Positions 34,280 through 47,329 of a DNA stretch of 64,000 bases are shown here, one piece after another. Location of the stretch: the NCBI GenBank assembly GCA_045601285.1, contig JAZRZJ010000038.1, forward strand, positions 3,165-67,164, given 5' to 3'. The notes beneath the pieces were generated by a model. The model was not told the origin of the DNA. It searched no databases and saw only the letters and a program-made list of their open reading frames with translations. Source of the stretch: Oscillospiraceae bacterium (lineage in GTDB: Bacteria; Bacillota; Clostridia; Oscillospirales; Oscillospiraceae). The position numbers were made by a program, and so were the translations under genes. The first letter of the stretch is position 1. Each line of letters opens with the position of its first letter.

Positions 34280-36004
34280 ATGAATAAGAAAAAGAAAAGC
34301 CCGCTTGTTATCGCAGTTGAGATAGTAATACTTCTTCTGCTGCTTGCCGTTCTGGCTTACATCGTTTGGACGGGAATGAACGCAGACGCTGCGAAACCCG
34401 ATGCCGAGCCCACAGCGGCTCCTACCGCAGAGCCTACACCCGAGCCTACGCCGGAGCCTACACCCGAGCCCTACGGAATACCCGGCTTTGCTCCCCATTC
34501 CGTTGACGGCACGGAGCCTGAACGCTATATTTCCACTACCTCCGTTATGGTTGACGATGTAATCGTTGAAGAATACACCAGCAATTATGAAATCAACTTT
34601 GACGTGGGCGCAAAGTACACTGAGCTTGAGGGCGTAATCACCTTCCGCGGCAACAACTACCGCAACAGTCCCGCCTACGGAACGGCGGATATTCAGAACA
34701 AGCAGATCGAAACCCTGTGGACACAGAATACTGGGGGACTCAGCGATACCGACGGCAGCTACTGGAGCGGCAACGGCTGGGTAGGCCAGCCCCTCATCGT
34801 AAAGTGGCCCGACGCAACCCGCAAGAACATCGTGGCGATGTATGACTGGGCAAGGGAAAAGGACGGTCTTGTTGAAGTTATCTACGCAGGCATGGACGGC
34901 TATATCCACTTCTACGAGCTTTCCACGGGCGAAACCACCCGTGAGGCAATGTATGTGGGCTTTACCTTCAAGGGCGTCGGCGCCCTGGATCCCCGCGGCT
35001 ATCCCATACTCTACCTCGGCTCAGGCGTTCACAGCCCCAACGGACGCTCCCGCGCATTTATAATCAATCTTGTTAATGACACCGTTATGTACGAGTTCGG
35101 TCAGAACGAAAACTTTGCCTACCGCAACTGGCCCATGTTCGACGGCTCACCCCTTGTTTCTGCCGCAACAGACCAGCTCATTTATCCGGGCGAAAACGGC
35201 ATTCTCTATATAATCCACCTGAACACCAGCTACAACGAGGCAACGGGCGAGCTTTCAATCAACCCCGACAATGTTGTAAAGTGGCGTTATAACGGTGTTC
35301 GCAGCGGCGGTCAGTACTGGCTGGGCATGGAGGCAAGCCCGCTGATTATCAACAACTATATCTTCATGGCGGATAACGGCGGCAATCTTATGTGCCTTGA
35401 CCTGAACACACTTGAGCTTGTATGGGTTCAGGATACCCTTGATGACACAAACTGCACACCCGTGCTTGATATTGAGGACGGACACCCCTATATCTATATC
35501 AGCACCTCCTTCCATTACGGCTGGCGCTCCTACTCCACCGCAACGATCCCCATCTGGAAGATTGATGCGGAAACGGGCGAAATCGTATGGCAGACGGATT
35601 ACACCTGCTACACAGTTCAAGACCTTTCAGGCGGTGTTCAGGGTACAATTGCCGTGGGCAAGAATAATCTTGAGGGACTGATTTTCGTACCCATTGCGAG
35701 AACTCCCTCTGCAAGCGGCGGCATTCTTGCGGCGCTTGACAAGGAAACGGGCGATGTCGTATGGGAATATGAAACCGGCACTTACAGCTGGAGCTCTCCC
35801 GTTGATGTCTACGATGCGGAAGGCAACGGCTACATCGTTTACTGCAACAGCGGCTACAATATGTATTTCATCGACGGACTTACGGGCGAAGTGCTTGACA
35901 ACATGAGTCTCGGCGGAAATATCGAGGCATCACCCTCGGTTTATGACAATTACATTGTTGTAGGTCATCGCGGCTGCCGCACCTACTGCGTGCAGATAAG
36001 CTGA
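34280..36004 (+). CDS. Membrane-anchored PQQ-like beta-propeller repeat protein
   Basis: 574 aa. N-terminal TM helix, (PEPT)n linker, and repeated W/Y-rich beta-propeller blades (…GETVWQ…, …GDVVWEY…). Confidence 0.65.
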   Translation: MNKKKKSPLVIAVEIVILLLLLAVLAYIVWTGMNADAAKPDAEPTAAPTAEPTPEPTPEPTPEPYGIPGFAPHSVDGTEPERYISTTSVMVDDVIVEEYTSNYEINFDVGAKYTELEGVITFRGNNYRNSPAYGTADIQNKQIETLWTQNTGGLSDTDGSYWSGNGWVGQPLIVKWPDATRKNIVAMYDWAREKDGLVEVIYAGMDGYIHFYELSTGETTREAMYVGFTFKGVGALDPRGYPILYLGSGVHSPNGRSRAFIINLVNDTVMYEFGQNENFAYRNWPMFDGSPLVSAATDQLIYPGENGILYIIHLNTSYNEATGELSINPDNVVKWRYNGVRSGGQYWLGMEASPLIINNYIFMADNGGNLMCLDLNTLELVWVQDTLDDTNCTPVLDIEDGHPYIYISTSFHYGWRSYSTATIPIWKIDAETGEIVWQTDYTCYTVQDLSGGVQGTIAVGKNNLEGLIFVPIARTPSASGGILAALDKETGDVVWEYETGTYSWSSPVDVYDAEGNGYIVYCNSGYNMYFIDGLTGEVLDNMSLGGNIEASPSVYDNYIVVGHRGCRTYCVQIS

Positions 36005-36010
36005 CAAAAT

Positions 36011-36054
36011 AGTAAAGAATCCGGCAATGCTGCTGCATTGCCGGATTCTTTACT
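36011..36054. terminator. Bidirectional terminator with a 20-bp perfect stem
   Basis: AGTAAAGAATCCGGCAATGC tgct GCATTGCCGGATTCTTTACT between convergent genes. Confidence 0.8.
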
Positions 36055-36059
36055 GTTTA

Positions 36060-36941
36060 TTACACACCCGCCAGGTCAAAATCGGGTATCATTTCCTCCG
36101 TTGCGGAGGAGGTTTCCTGATAAAAGCCCCATTCTATGCCGCGGTCTGCCATGTACTGACAAAGGCGGTCGTTCAGCTCCGCAGAAACGGTTTTCTGCAG
36201 CTCGGGAAATCGCTCCGTGTGCGGCATGGGCGTGAACTGGCACATGAGGGAGAACAGCACCTTGTCCCCCGGGAAATTATCTGCCACAAAATCGATGACC
36301 CTGCGGCTGTTTTCCTCTGCACCGGGGAGAATGAGGTGGCGTATGAGAACTCCGCGGCGGAGCATATCCTCCTCATCAAGAACAAAGTTGCCTGTCTGAC
36401 GGTACATTTCACCGATTGCCGTCTGAGCGACCTCGGGATAATCGGGGGCGGCGGAATATCGGCGGGCGAGGGAGGAGTCCATGTACTTCATGTCGGGCAT
36501 GTAGATTTGCACAAGTCCCTCAAGACGCCGGAGGCTTTCAATGCTGTCGTAGCCGGAGCTGTTCCATACAACAGGAATGGAGAGCTTTGCCTTTTCAAGT
36601 GCCTTAACAATTGGTGTCACAAAATGGGAGCCGGTTACAAGGTTTATGTTGTGAACGCCCTTGTCCTGAAGCTCAAGGAAAATATGGCTCAGGCGTTCAA
36701 CGGAAACCGTTTCACCGGTTTTTCCGCGGCTTATTTCGTGGTTCTGACAGAACACGCACCTCAGGTTACAGCCCGTGAAAAAAACAGTCCCCGAGCCACG
36801 CTCACCGCTGATGCAGGGCTCCTCGCCGAAGTGCGGAGCAGCCCTTGCGATCCTTGGCAGAGCAGGGGAGGAGCATACTCCGCCCATAGTATTTTCTTCT
36901 CTTTTTGCCCCGCAGTGACGGGGACATTCGTTACACAGCAT
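36060..36941 (-). CDS. Radical SAM protein, PflX-like (homolog of pyruvate formate-lyase activating enzymes)
   Basis: 293 aa. N-terminal CNECPRHC, radical-SAM CNLRCVFCQN. Confidence 0.75.
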   Translation of the reverse strand: MLCNECPRHCGAKREENTMGGVCSSPALPRIARAAPHFGEEPCISGERGSGTVFFTGCNLRCVFCQNHEISRGKTGETVSVERLSHIFLELQDKGVHNINLVTGSHFVTPIVKALEKAKLSIPVVWNSSGYDSIESLRRLEGLVQIYMPDMKYMDSSLARRYSAAPDYPEVAQTAIGEMYRQTGNFVLDEEDMLRRGVLIRHLILPGAEENSRRVIDFVADNFPGDKVLFSLMCQFTPMPHTERFPELQKTVSAELNDRLCQYMADRGIEWGFYQETSSATEEMIPDFDLAGV

Positions 36942-37122
36942 ATCAGGACTTCCTTAAATGTGCAAATTGATTAAAAAAAAGCTTTTGCGGCATTGATTAT
37001 AAGCCTAAATTGTTAATATTGCAACAAATATAAAAACTTACTGAAAAAGTGCATCTTTTTTGCCGATTTTATGCTAAAATATGTGTTGCAAGGATAAATA
37101 GTAATGAAATGGGAAATGCTTG

Positions 37123-37608
37123 ATGCTGAACATCATACTGCTTGAGCCTGAAATTCCACACAATACGGGCGCAATTGCCCGAACCTGCGCCGCGACGGGC
37201 GCACGCCTGCATCTGATTAAGCCCCTGGGCTTTGATATATCGGACAAAATGGTGAAGCGCTGCGGTCTTGACTACTGGTGGCTTGTGGATATTTCGGTCT
37301 ACGAAAATCTCGACGAATACTTTGAGAAAAACGGTGACGAAAATCTGTGGCTTGCCACAACCAAGGCACCGCAGGATTATTCCGAGGCGGATTTCACAAC
37401 GGAAAATGTGAGCATAATGTTCGGTAAGGAAACCGCGGGACTTCCCGAATGGCTTAGGGAAAAGTACCGCGAAAGCTGTATCCGCATTCCCATGGTCAGC
37501 GATGCCCGAAGCCTCAATCTTTCAAACTCCGCTGCCGTCCTCGTTTATGAGGCGCTGCGTCAGCAGGGCTTTCCGGGCATGAAGAATACGGGCGAAATGA
37601 GTGAATAA
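37123..37608 (+). CDS. trmL: tRNA (cytidine/uridine34-2'-O)-methyltransferase TrmL
   Basis: 161 aa, SpoU-type. Motifs: [36 protein letters not shown]. Confidence 0.8.
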   Translation: MLNIILLEPEIPHNTGAIARTCAATGARLHLIKPLGFDISDKMVKRCGLDYWWLVDISVYENLDEYFEKNGDENLWLATTKAPQDYSEADFTTENVSIMFGKETAGLPEWLREKYRESCIRIPMVSDARSLNLSNSAAVLVYEALRQQGFPGMKNTGEMSE

Positions 37609-37640
37609 AATACAATTGGCTTATAGAAGGGAGAACATTT

Positions 37641-38834
37641 ATGAATTACAACAAAATGAGCGTGCTTGATGCAGACGTAAAGGGCAAAAAGGTCCTTCTC
37701 CGCTGTGACTTCAACGTCCCCCAGAACAAAGAAACGGGTGAGATAACAAGCGACAAGCGAATTGCTGCCGCAGTTCCCACCATAAAGTATCTTCTCGAAA
37801 ACGGGGCGGCGGTCATAGCCTGCTCACATCTCGGCAAGCCCAAGGGCGAGTGGAAGGAAAAGCTGACGCTTGCTCCCGTTGCAAAGCGCCTTTCCGAGCT
37901 TCTCGGTCAGGAGGTCATCTTCGCAAAGGACATCATCGGTGAGGACGCGCAGGCAAAGGCAGCAGAGCTGAAAAGCGGCGAGATAATGCTTCTTGAAAAT
38001 CTCCGCTTTGATATCCGTGAGGAGAAAAACGGCGCCGACTTCGCAAAGGCACTTGCAGATATGGCAGAGCTTTACGTGTCCGATGCCTTCGGCACAGTTC
38101 ACCGCGCCCATGCCTCCACCGCAGGCGTTGCGGCATATCTTCCCGCATACGCAGGCATGCTTGTGGAAAAGGAGCTTTCCGTCATGGGCAAGGCTCTTGA
38201 AAACCCCGTGCGTCCCTTCGTTGCAGTTCTCGGCGGCGCAAAGGTTTCCGACAAAATCGGCGTTATCAACAACCTGCTTGACAAGGCAGACACCGTCATC
38301 ATCGGCGGCGGCATGGCATACACCTTCATTAAGGCCATGGGCTTTGAAATCGGCAAATCTCTGCTTGAGGAGGATAAGCTGGACTATGCCCGTGATATGC
38401 TGAAAAAGGCAGAGGAAAAGGGCGTTAAGCTGCTTCTTCCCGTGGATACCGCCGTGGGCAGCGAATTCAGCGCCGACTGCGAATACAAGATGGTGGACAT
38501 CAAGGAAATGCCTGCCGACTGGATGGGACTTGACATCGGCCCCAGAACAGTTGAGCTTTTCGCAGATGCGATCAGAAGCGCGGGTACGGTTGTCTGGAAC
38601 GGACCCATGGGCGTTTTCGAGTTTGAAAACTTTGCCGTCGGAACCAAGGCAATGGCAAAGGCGCTTGCAGAGTCCGGCGCAATCAGCATCGTAGGCGGCG
38701 GCGACTCGGCGGCGGCTGTTGAAAAGCTGGGCTTTGCGGATAAGATGACTCACATTTCAACCGGCGGCGGCGCATCTCTTGAATTCCTCGAGGGACTGGA
38801 GCTGCCCGGTGTCGCATGCCTGATAAATAAGTAA
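37641..38834 (+). CDS. pgk: Phosphoglycerate kinase
   Basis: 397 aa. Motifs: [20 protein letters not shown]. Confidence 0.95.
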   Translation: MNYNKMSVLDADVKGKKVLLRCDFNVPQNKETGEITSDKRIAAAVPTIKYLLENGAAVIACSHLGKPKGEWKEKLTLAPVAKRLSELLGQEVIFAKDIIGEDAQAKAAELKSGEIMLLENLRFDIREEKNGADFAKALADMAELYVSDAFGTVHRAHASTAGVAAYLPAYAGMLVEKELSVMGKALENPVRPFVAVLGGAKVSDKIGVINNLLDKADTVIIGGGMAYTFIKAMGFEIGKSLLEEDKLDYARDMLKKAEEKGVKLLLPVDTAVGSEFSADCEYKMVDIKEMPADWMGLDIGPRTVELFADAIRSAGTVVWNGPMGVFEFENFAVGTKAMAKALAESGAISIVGGGDSAAAVEKLGFADKMTHISTGGGASLEFLEGLELPGVACLINK

Positions 38835-38855
38835 GCTGTTAAAGGAGATATAAAC

Positions 38856-39627
38856 ATGAACACCAAATACAGAAAGACAATTATTGCGGGCAACTGGAAG
38901 ATGAATATGCTTGCAAGTGAGATTAAGCCGTTTGTTGAGCAGCTTAAGACCGAAATGCCCAAAAGCAAGAGCTGCGAAACCGTCATCTGCGTTCCCGCAG
39001 TTAATATCCCCACCATGCTCAAGTGCGGAAGAGAAGCAAAGGTCATCTGCGGTGCAGAGGACGTTTCCTGCTATGCAAAGGGTGCATATACGGGTGAAAT
39101 TTCCGCGGCAATGCTTGCCGACATCGGCGTAAAATACTGCATAGTCGGTCACTCCGAGCGCAGACAGTATCACAAGGAAACCGACCTTGATGTAAACACC
39201 AAGGCAAAGGCTCTGCTTGAAAAGGGCATAAACCCCATCATCTGCGTTGGAGAAAGCCTTGAGCAGCGTGAGATGGAGCTCACCATGTCCCATATTAACT
39301 ATCAGATTCGCGCGGCGTTCAACGGTGTTGATGCGTCCCAGCTCCGCAAGTGCGTAATCGCCTACGAGCCCATTTGGGCAATCGGCACGGGCAAGACCGC
39401 AAGTGCAGAGCAGGCACAGGAGGTCTGCCGCGAGATACGCGCAATTATCCGCGAAATGTACGGAGCACGTCCCGCCCGCGCCATCAGCATTCTTTACGGC
39501 GGCAGCATGAATGCAAAGAACGCGGCAGAGCTTCTTGCTCAGCCCGATATCGACGGCGGTCTCATAGGCGGCGCATCTCTCAAGCCTGTTGATTTTGCAG
39601 CCATAATTGCCGCAACAGGTGCGGAAA

Positions 39628-39635
<8 letters not shown>
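38856..39635 (+). CDS. tpiA: Triosephosphate isomerase
   Basis: 259 aa. Motifs: AGNWKMN, VGHSERR, AYEPIWAIGTG. Confidence 0.95.
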
Positions 39636-42434
<2,799 letters not shown>

Positions 42435-42456
42435 GATTGAGATTGAGATAATGATT

Positions 42457-42486
42457 AAAAAGGCACCCTGTCGGGTGCCTTTTTTG
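42457..42486 (+). terminator. Intrinsic terminator after eno
   Basis: AAAAAGGCACCC tgtc GGGTGCCTTTTTT. Confidence 0.85.
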
Positions 42487-42548
42487 CGTATAAAAGCGCA
42501 AAATTGCGGCAACAATAGAAATAACCAAAATAACAGGAGGTTATTTCT

Positions 42549-43262
42549 ATGGAAGAAAATAAACAGAGCAAATTCGATAAATTCTTCTCCGGCAAGGGCT
42601 TCTACATAGTCCTTGTGCTATGTGTGGCAGTAATCGGCATATCCGCCTGGAGCATTCTCAGCGGAAGCCCCGTGAAAAATGCTGTAAAGGAACCCGGCAT
42701 AACCGTGCAGGAAAAGCCCACGACGGAAAACCGCAGGGACGATGACGCAAAAGCACCCGAGGTTGACGATGCGGGCCTCAAGGATATTCCCGAGGATACC
42801 GGTAAAGAAATCGAAAATGTTGTCGTGATGGAATCAGGCAACACCTGGTCCGAGCCTGCCGTGTGGGTATGGCCGGTTCAGGGGGAGCTTGAGCGGGAGT
42901 ATTCGATGGAAGCACTTGCCTATGACGTGACTATGGCGGACTGGCGCACCCATGACGGAATTGACATTGCCGCAAAAGCGGGCGAAACTGTAAGAGCTGC
43001 CGCCGACGGCACAGTTGAAAGTGTTGAGAAGGACGACCTTTACGGCACCACGGTGGTTATCAGTCACGGCAGCGGAATTAAAACCGTCTACTCAAATCTT
43101 GCCGAAACACCCACCGTCAGCGTCGGCGATACTGTGAAGGCAGGGGACGTGATCGGTTCTGTAGGCGAAACCGCAATATGCGAAATAGGCGAGCCCTCAC
43201 ATATTCATTTTTCCATGAGTAAGGACGGCAGAAGTATTAATCCCATGGAGTATATGCCTTAA
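42549..43262 (+). CDS. Membrane-anchored M23 (LytM) family metallopeptidase
   Basis: 237 aa with an N-terminal TM helix. The catalytic HxxxD (THDGID) and HxH (HIHF) motifs are intact. Confidence 0.75.
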   Translation: MEENKQSKFDKFFSGKGFYIVLVLCVAVIGISAWSILSGSPVKNAVKEPGITVQEKPTTENRRDDDAKAPEVDDAGLKDIPEDTGKEIENVVVMESGNTWSEPAVWVWPVQGELEREYSMEALAYDVTMADWRTHDGIDIAAKAGETVRAAADGTVESVEKDDLYGTTVVISHGSGIKTVYSNLAETPTVSVGDTVKAGDVIGSVGETAICEIGEPSHIHFSMSKDGRSINPMEYMP

Positions 43263-43291
43263 AATAATTTGAAGAAAATCTGAAAAAGCTG

Positions 43292-43320
43292 TTGACAAGA
43301 TGAGTTTCTTCCGCTATAAT
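43292..43320 (+). promoter_or_regulatory. Consensus sigma-A promoter for the tRNA pair
   Basis: TTGACA, 17 nt, TATAAT, about 22 nt before the tRNA. Confidence 0.7.
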
Positions 43321-43342
43321 TCTCATTGCTCATTTGAGAAAT

Positions 43343-43419
43343 GGCGGCATAGCTCAGTTGGCTAGAGCATGCGGTTCATACCCGCAGTGTCCCCGGTTCG
43401 AATCCAGGTGCCGCTACCA
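43343..43419 (+). tRNA. tRNA-Met (anticodon CAT; could alternatively be lysidine-modified tRNA-Ile2)
   Basis: A cloverleaf can be drawn: acceptor GGCGGCA/TGCCGCT (G1:T72 wobble), D stem GCTC/GAGC, anticodon stem TGCGG/CCGCA with loop TTCATAC, T-arm CCCGG-TTCGAAT-CCAGG (one mismatch), encoded CCA. Confidence 0.75.
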
Positions 43420-43451
43420 GAAATAAGGGCGCATATATGTGCCCTTTATTT

Positions 43452-43526
43452 GGCCCGTTGGTCAAGCGGTTAAGACACCGCCCTTTCACGGCGGTAACAT
43501 GGGTTCGATTCCCGTACGGGTCACCA
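43452..43526 (+). tRNA. tRNA-Glu (anticodon TTC)
   Basis: GGCCCGTTGGTCAAGCGGTTAAGACACCGCCCTTTCACGGCGGTAACATGGGTTCGATTCCCGTACGGGTCACCA. Anticodon loop CTTTCAC, encoded CCA, terminator hairpin at 43531-43560. Confidence 0.9.
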
Positions 43527-43587
43527 AAAAGATGAGAGATGCGAAAGCATCTCTCTTCTTTTTGGTTCCGCATCGCTTTGCGATGCT

Positions 43588-43832
43588 GATTTATCCGCTG
43601 CGCTCAAATTAAGCGAGAGGGGACTCCCGTCCACCTCTCGCGCTCACCCCATGCAACAGTTTACATAATGCGTTAATTTGGGAATCGAACAGGCGGATAA
43701 GAAAACGTGCCGGTGGCACGTTTTCCCGCCGTGGGTAGATTCCCGTACGATTTATCCGCTTCGCTCAATTATTATGAGAGGGGAATACCATTCCCTCTCA
43801 AACTCACCCCATGCTGAAGTTTACATAATACT
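43588..43832 (+). repeat. Two ~82-nt direct repeat units (43588-43669 and 43749-43832), plus partial third copies at 43882-43895 and 43929-43940
   Basis: GATTTATCCGCT.CGCTCAA…GAGAGGGGA…CCCTCTC…CTCACCCCATGC…AGTTTACATAAT. The central hairpin is preserved with different sequence in the two units. Confidence 0.8.
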
Positions 43833-44093
43833 ATATAGCTGCGAAAGCCTGTTTAATTCGCTTCGCTAATATCAAATAAGAGTTTACATAATACTGGTTT
43901 ATAAATCTAAAAGGCGGATTTTTGCACGATTTATCCGCTGTGCCGTCTGCCCTTGCTGCGTCTGTACAGTTCCGAGTGGTGCGGCACGCTGCTGCTGAGA
44001 ATATCTGTTTATAAAGACATTGTGTTTATTTTCCTTGTTATTTTCGCCGGTTTCTGTTAAAATATTATTTACTCTGATTTTGGGGGAAAAATA

Positions 44094-44744
44094 ATGTCCT
44101 CACGAAGTATAAAGATACAATCAAAGCGATTTTATATAATCTGCATAGCCGTAACTCTGGCGCTTATTCTTGCACTTCTGCTTGTCTACCTGCATCAGCG
44201 AGCAGAGGTGGCACCGGTTTATGTCCTGACGGTTGAGGGTCTCGAAGCCGATACTCCCGCCGATGCGCAGGCTGCCTGCCGTGCTGAGAATAAGCACTAT
44301 ATTGAGTGTATGAAGGACAGTAAAGACTGTCTGTGGGTATGGTGCGGCGATGACAGACTGTTCCTTGTCAATCCCGATGCTCTGCACGTTGACGGCGATG
44401 CGGAGAATTGCGGCTTTGCGGCCGTAACCTTTACAGATGAAAAGGGAAATGAACACAGCGGCTTCATAATCGACCCGACAGCCGAGCCCCGCGAGCTTGG
44501 GCGCATTCAGCTTGAAGAGGCTGAGGAATACAGCTTCGACAGCGTAAGCATGAGTATCCGTGTTGCCCTTCGCAACGGCAAAATTGCTTACGAAAACGCC
44601 GCATATCTGTGGGAAAAGGGCAGCAATGTTGTTTTTGCCGTATATGCTGACAGCTACACCGTTGTTGAGAACAATCTTGTTTCCTTTGTTGATGACGGGG
44701 GAGCTTCCCGCGTTTGCTATATTCTCGATACTATACTTGACTGA
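44094..44744 (+). CDS. Hypothetical membrane-anchored protein
   Basis: 216 aa with an N-terminal TM helix (FYIICIAVTLALILALLLVYL). No family recognised. Confidence 0.55.
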   Translation: MSSRSIKIQSKRFYIICIAVTLALILALLLVYLHQRAEVAPVYVLTVEGLEADTPADAQAACRAENKHYIECMKDSKDCLWVWCGDDRLFLVNPDALHVDGDAENCGFAAVTFTDEKGNEHSGFIIDPTAEPRELGRIQLEEAEEYSFDSVSMSIRVALRNGKIAYENAAYLWEKGSNVVFAVYADSYTVVENNLVSFVDDGGASRVCYILDTILD

Positions 44745-44755
44745 GAGGAAAAATA

Positions 44756-46093
44756 ATGTCTGAATTAGGAAATGATACCAGACGCCTGATCGAAATGGTG
44801 AAGGTAATAAGCAAATATAAGGTCGCGCAGGGCATAACACCGGATAAATTCTGCGAAATGATGAAGGAACTGGGCCCCACCTACGTGAAGCTCGGTCAGC
44901 TTCTTTCCATGCACCCCGAGGTGCTCCCCATGGAGTACTGCAAAAAGCTTGAGAATCTGCGCACTGATGCGTCACACCTTGTAACATCTCAGATTCGCGA
45001 CATTATTTCCGATGAGTACGGAAAGCCATGGTCAAGCGTATTCCGGCGCATAATGCCTTTCCCGCTTGGTGCCGCATCTATCGCCCAGGTGCATGAGGCA
45101 ATTCTGCTTGACGGCACTCGTGTTGCGGTAAAAATTCAGCGCCCCGATATATATAAAACCATGGAGCGCGATGTGCGCCTTCTGAAAAAGGCCTTCAGCA
45201 TTGTAAAGATTAAAGACATTAATGACGTTGTAGACCTTTCCGATACCATTGAGCAGATGTGGATCGTTGCCAAGCAGGAGATGGACTTCATTCAGGAGGC
45301 GGAGAATATCCGCACCCTGCGCAAGAACTGCGAGGGCATTGAATATATCTACTGCCCGAAGGTGTACGATGAGTTCAGCACAAAGAATGTGCTGGTAATG
45401 GAATACATCGGAGGCTGTGAGCTTTGCGACAAGGAGGCTCTCCTTGCCGACGGCTACGACCTTGACGAAGTATGCACCAAGTTTGTAAACAACTTCATCA
45501 AGCAGTTTGCCGAGGATTTGTTCTTCCATGCCGATCCTCACCCGGGAAATGTCCGCGTCTGGAACGGACGTGTGGTGTGGCTTGACCTGGGTATGATGGG
45601 GCGGCTCAGCCGAGAGGACGCGGAGCTAGTCAAGGAGTGCATGAAGGCAATCGTCACCAATGACTACAAGAGCTTTGCCGACGCCGTGCTGAATATATGC
45701 GCGCATGACCCCAATATCAACATGGACGCATTTTATGAGCGTATGCGGCTTTATCTTGACAAGTACCGCGTAATTTCCATGGAGGAAATGAGCAGTACCG
45801 TGGATATTTTCGCCGACCTCTACAAAATATCAAGGGACTTTAAGATTCAGGTTCCCACAACCTACACTATGTTCTGGCGCAGTATGTCCGTAATGGAGGG
45901 AACAGTATCCGACCTTTCGCCCAAGACCGACCTTGCGGCAATCATAGGCAAGCATCTTGCGGCACAGAACATGATAGGCGGCATTGCCGGAGCAATTACC
46001 AAGAGCGTTTCCCACCGCAAGCTCATATCGGGCAAGCCCCTCTCCTATAACGGTCATGTGCAGGACGAGGAAGAGGAAACAGAAGATGAATAA
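44756..46093 (+). CDS. ABC1/UbiB (AarF) family atypical protein kinase
   Basis: 445 aa with …LGAASIAQVHEA…VAVKIQRP… and FHADPHPGN. Confidence 0.8.
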   Translation: MSELGNDTRRLIEMVKVISKYKVAQGITPDKFCEMMKELGPTYVKLGQLLSMHPEVLPMEYCKKLENLRTDASHLVTSQIRDIISDEYGKPWSSVFRRIMPFPLGAASIAQVHEAILLDGTRVAVKIQRPDIYKTMERDVRLLKKAFSIVKIKDINDVVDLSDTIEQMWIVAKQEMDFIQEAENIRTLRKNCEGIEYIYCPKVYDEFSTKNVLVMEYIGGCELCDKEALLADGYDLDEVCTKFVNNFIKQFAEDLFFHADPHPGNVRVWNGRVVWLDLGMMGRLSREDAELVKECMKAIVTNDYKSFADAVLNICAHDPNINMDAFYERMRLYLDKYRVISMEEMSSTVDIFADLYKISRDFKIQVPTTYTMFWRSMSVMEGTVSDLSPKTDLAAIIGKHLAAQNMIGGIAGAITKSVSHRKLISGKPLSYNGHVQDEEEETEDE

Positions 46094-46094
46094 G

Positions 46095-46403
46095 AAAAAA
46101 GCACCGCCCAAGGGCGCTCTCACTTAGGGATTAATAGCCCTGAAAGGAGCTGTTTTTCCGTAATACATCGTTAAAAATGCTCGGAATACATAACCAGTAT
46201 TCCTGCGCTTTTCGCCTTGTCTTACGAAAAAACATCAATCTCTCAGGGTGCGAAGCAGTTTTGAGCGAGAGATTTTTCGTTCAGACAAAATAACAAAAAC
46301 TCGGCAATGCTGACGCATGCCGAGTTTTGTTATGAAGTATGGGCGGAAAAGATCCGTTCAAAACCTATTCCTCCCTATGTGAGAGCGCCCAAGGTGCTTT
46401 TTT
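46095..46403. repeat. ~300-bp composite palindromic (MITE-like) element with family-D arms
   Basis: 46095-46165 is roughly the reverse complement of 46335-46403 (AAAAAAGCACC…GGGCGCTCTCAC.TAGGGA..AATAG…TTTTCCG). Nested inverted repeats lie inside (GGAATAC/GTATTCC, CGAAAAA…TCTCTC/GAGAGA…TTTTTCG, terminator hairpin CTCGGCAATGC…GCATGCCGAG). Confidence 0.8.
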
Positions 46404-46560
46404 GCGTGTTCGGCGGGAGCAAGCCCCCGCCCTACGCGGAGAATCGGAACTTATTTACTTGAAAAAGAAGGCGGATTGCCACGGCGCAAGCGCCTCGCAA
46501 TGACTGTTGAAAAAAGCGGAGCGATGTGGGCATCGCTCCCTACGGGAAACGTCAAAAAAA

Positions 46561-46691
46561 CTGTCATTCTGAGGAGCACAGCGACGAAGAATCTCCTGCG
46601 GAGATGTGGTTTGAGGGGATTCTTCGCTGGCGCTCAGAATGACAGGGTGGCTTGAGGGGATTCTTCGCTGGCGCTCAGAATGACAGGGTGG
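46561..46691. repeat. Family-A hairpin repeat with its right arm duplicated in tandem
   Basis: The left arm 46561-46601 is identical to 9511-9551. The right arm TTGAGGGGATTCTTCGCTGGCGCTCAGAATGACAGGGTGG occurs twice (46611-46650 and 46652-46691). Family-B and family-C hairpins lie at 46418-46550. Confidence 0.85.
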
Positions 46692-46708
46692 TTTTAGGCA
46701 AATAATCA

Positions 46709-47227
46709 CTATATATTCAATCCGTCGAATTTATTCCTTGCTGCGAACATATGAGAAATAAGCGTCTTGAAGAAGGGTATAAACCTGCCCTCGTCAATCA
46801 TGGAGAGAATTTCCTCCTCGCTTGCCCAGCGGGCGTCCATGACCTCCTCGGGCTGAAGCTGCAGGTTTTCTATATCTATATCCATGTTCATGAGATATAT
46901 GTCGTCAAAGCCGTTCTCAAAATTGATTGTGAAGTGGGGGCGAACACCCGTGAAATCCACATCAATGCCGATTTCCTCAAGCAGCTCACGGTGAGCAGCG
47001 TCACGGCTGGTTTCCCCTGCGATTACGCTGCCGCCCACGGAAATATCCCAGTATTTGCCCCAGCTTTTCCAGGGCTGGCGCTGCTGAATGAGCATTTCGC
47101 CTTTTGAGTTGAAAATACATACGTGTATGACAAGGTGCATATCGTCCTTGCCGCCTTTTTCGCCGCGCTGAACGGTTTTGCCCGTGAGGTGACGATCAAT
47201 ATCGTATGCGTCCCAGCGTTCTTTCAT
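46709..47227 (-). CDS. NUDIX hydrolase
   Basis: Nudix box GGSVIAGETSRDAAHRELLEEIGI. The ATG at 47227 (MKERWDAY…) is preferred over the ORF-track start at 47299. Confidence 0.8.
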   Translation of the reverse strand: MKERWDAYDIDRHLTGKTVQRGEKGGKDDMHLVIHVCIFNSKGEMLIQQRQPWKSWGKYWDISVGGSVIAGETSRDAAHRELLEEIGIDVDFTGVRPHFTINFENGFDDIYLMNMDIDIENLQLQPEEVMDARWASEEEILSMIDEGRFIPFFKTLISHMFAARNKFDGLNI

Positions 47228-47329
47228 TGAGCCACTTTCTTTCTTAAACAGTGCAAAAGGACGATACCATAAAACAGCATATAAATCAAGTGATAACAAG
47301 AATAAACCGGACGATTCATGCTGTGATTG

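Noticed and set aside
43343-46093. An integrated prophage or genomic island at the tRNA-Met/tRNA-Glu locus.
   Set aside because: No integrase, recombinase or phage-like genes follow the tRNAs. The downstream genes are a hypothetical membrane protein and a UbiB-family kinase. Only short scar-like repeats are seen, and these are reported as a finding.
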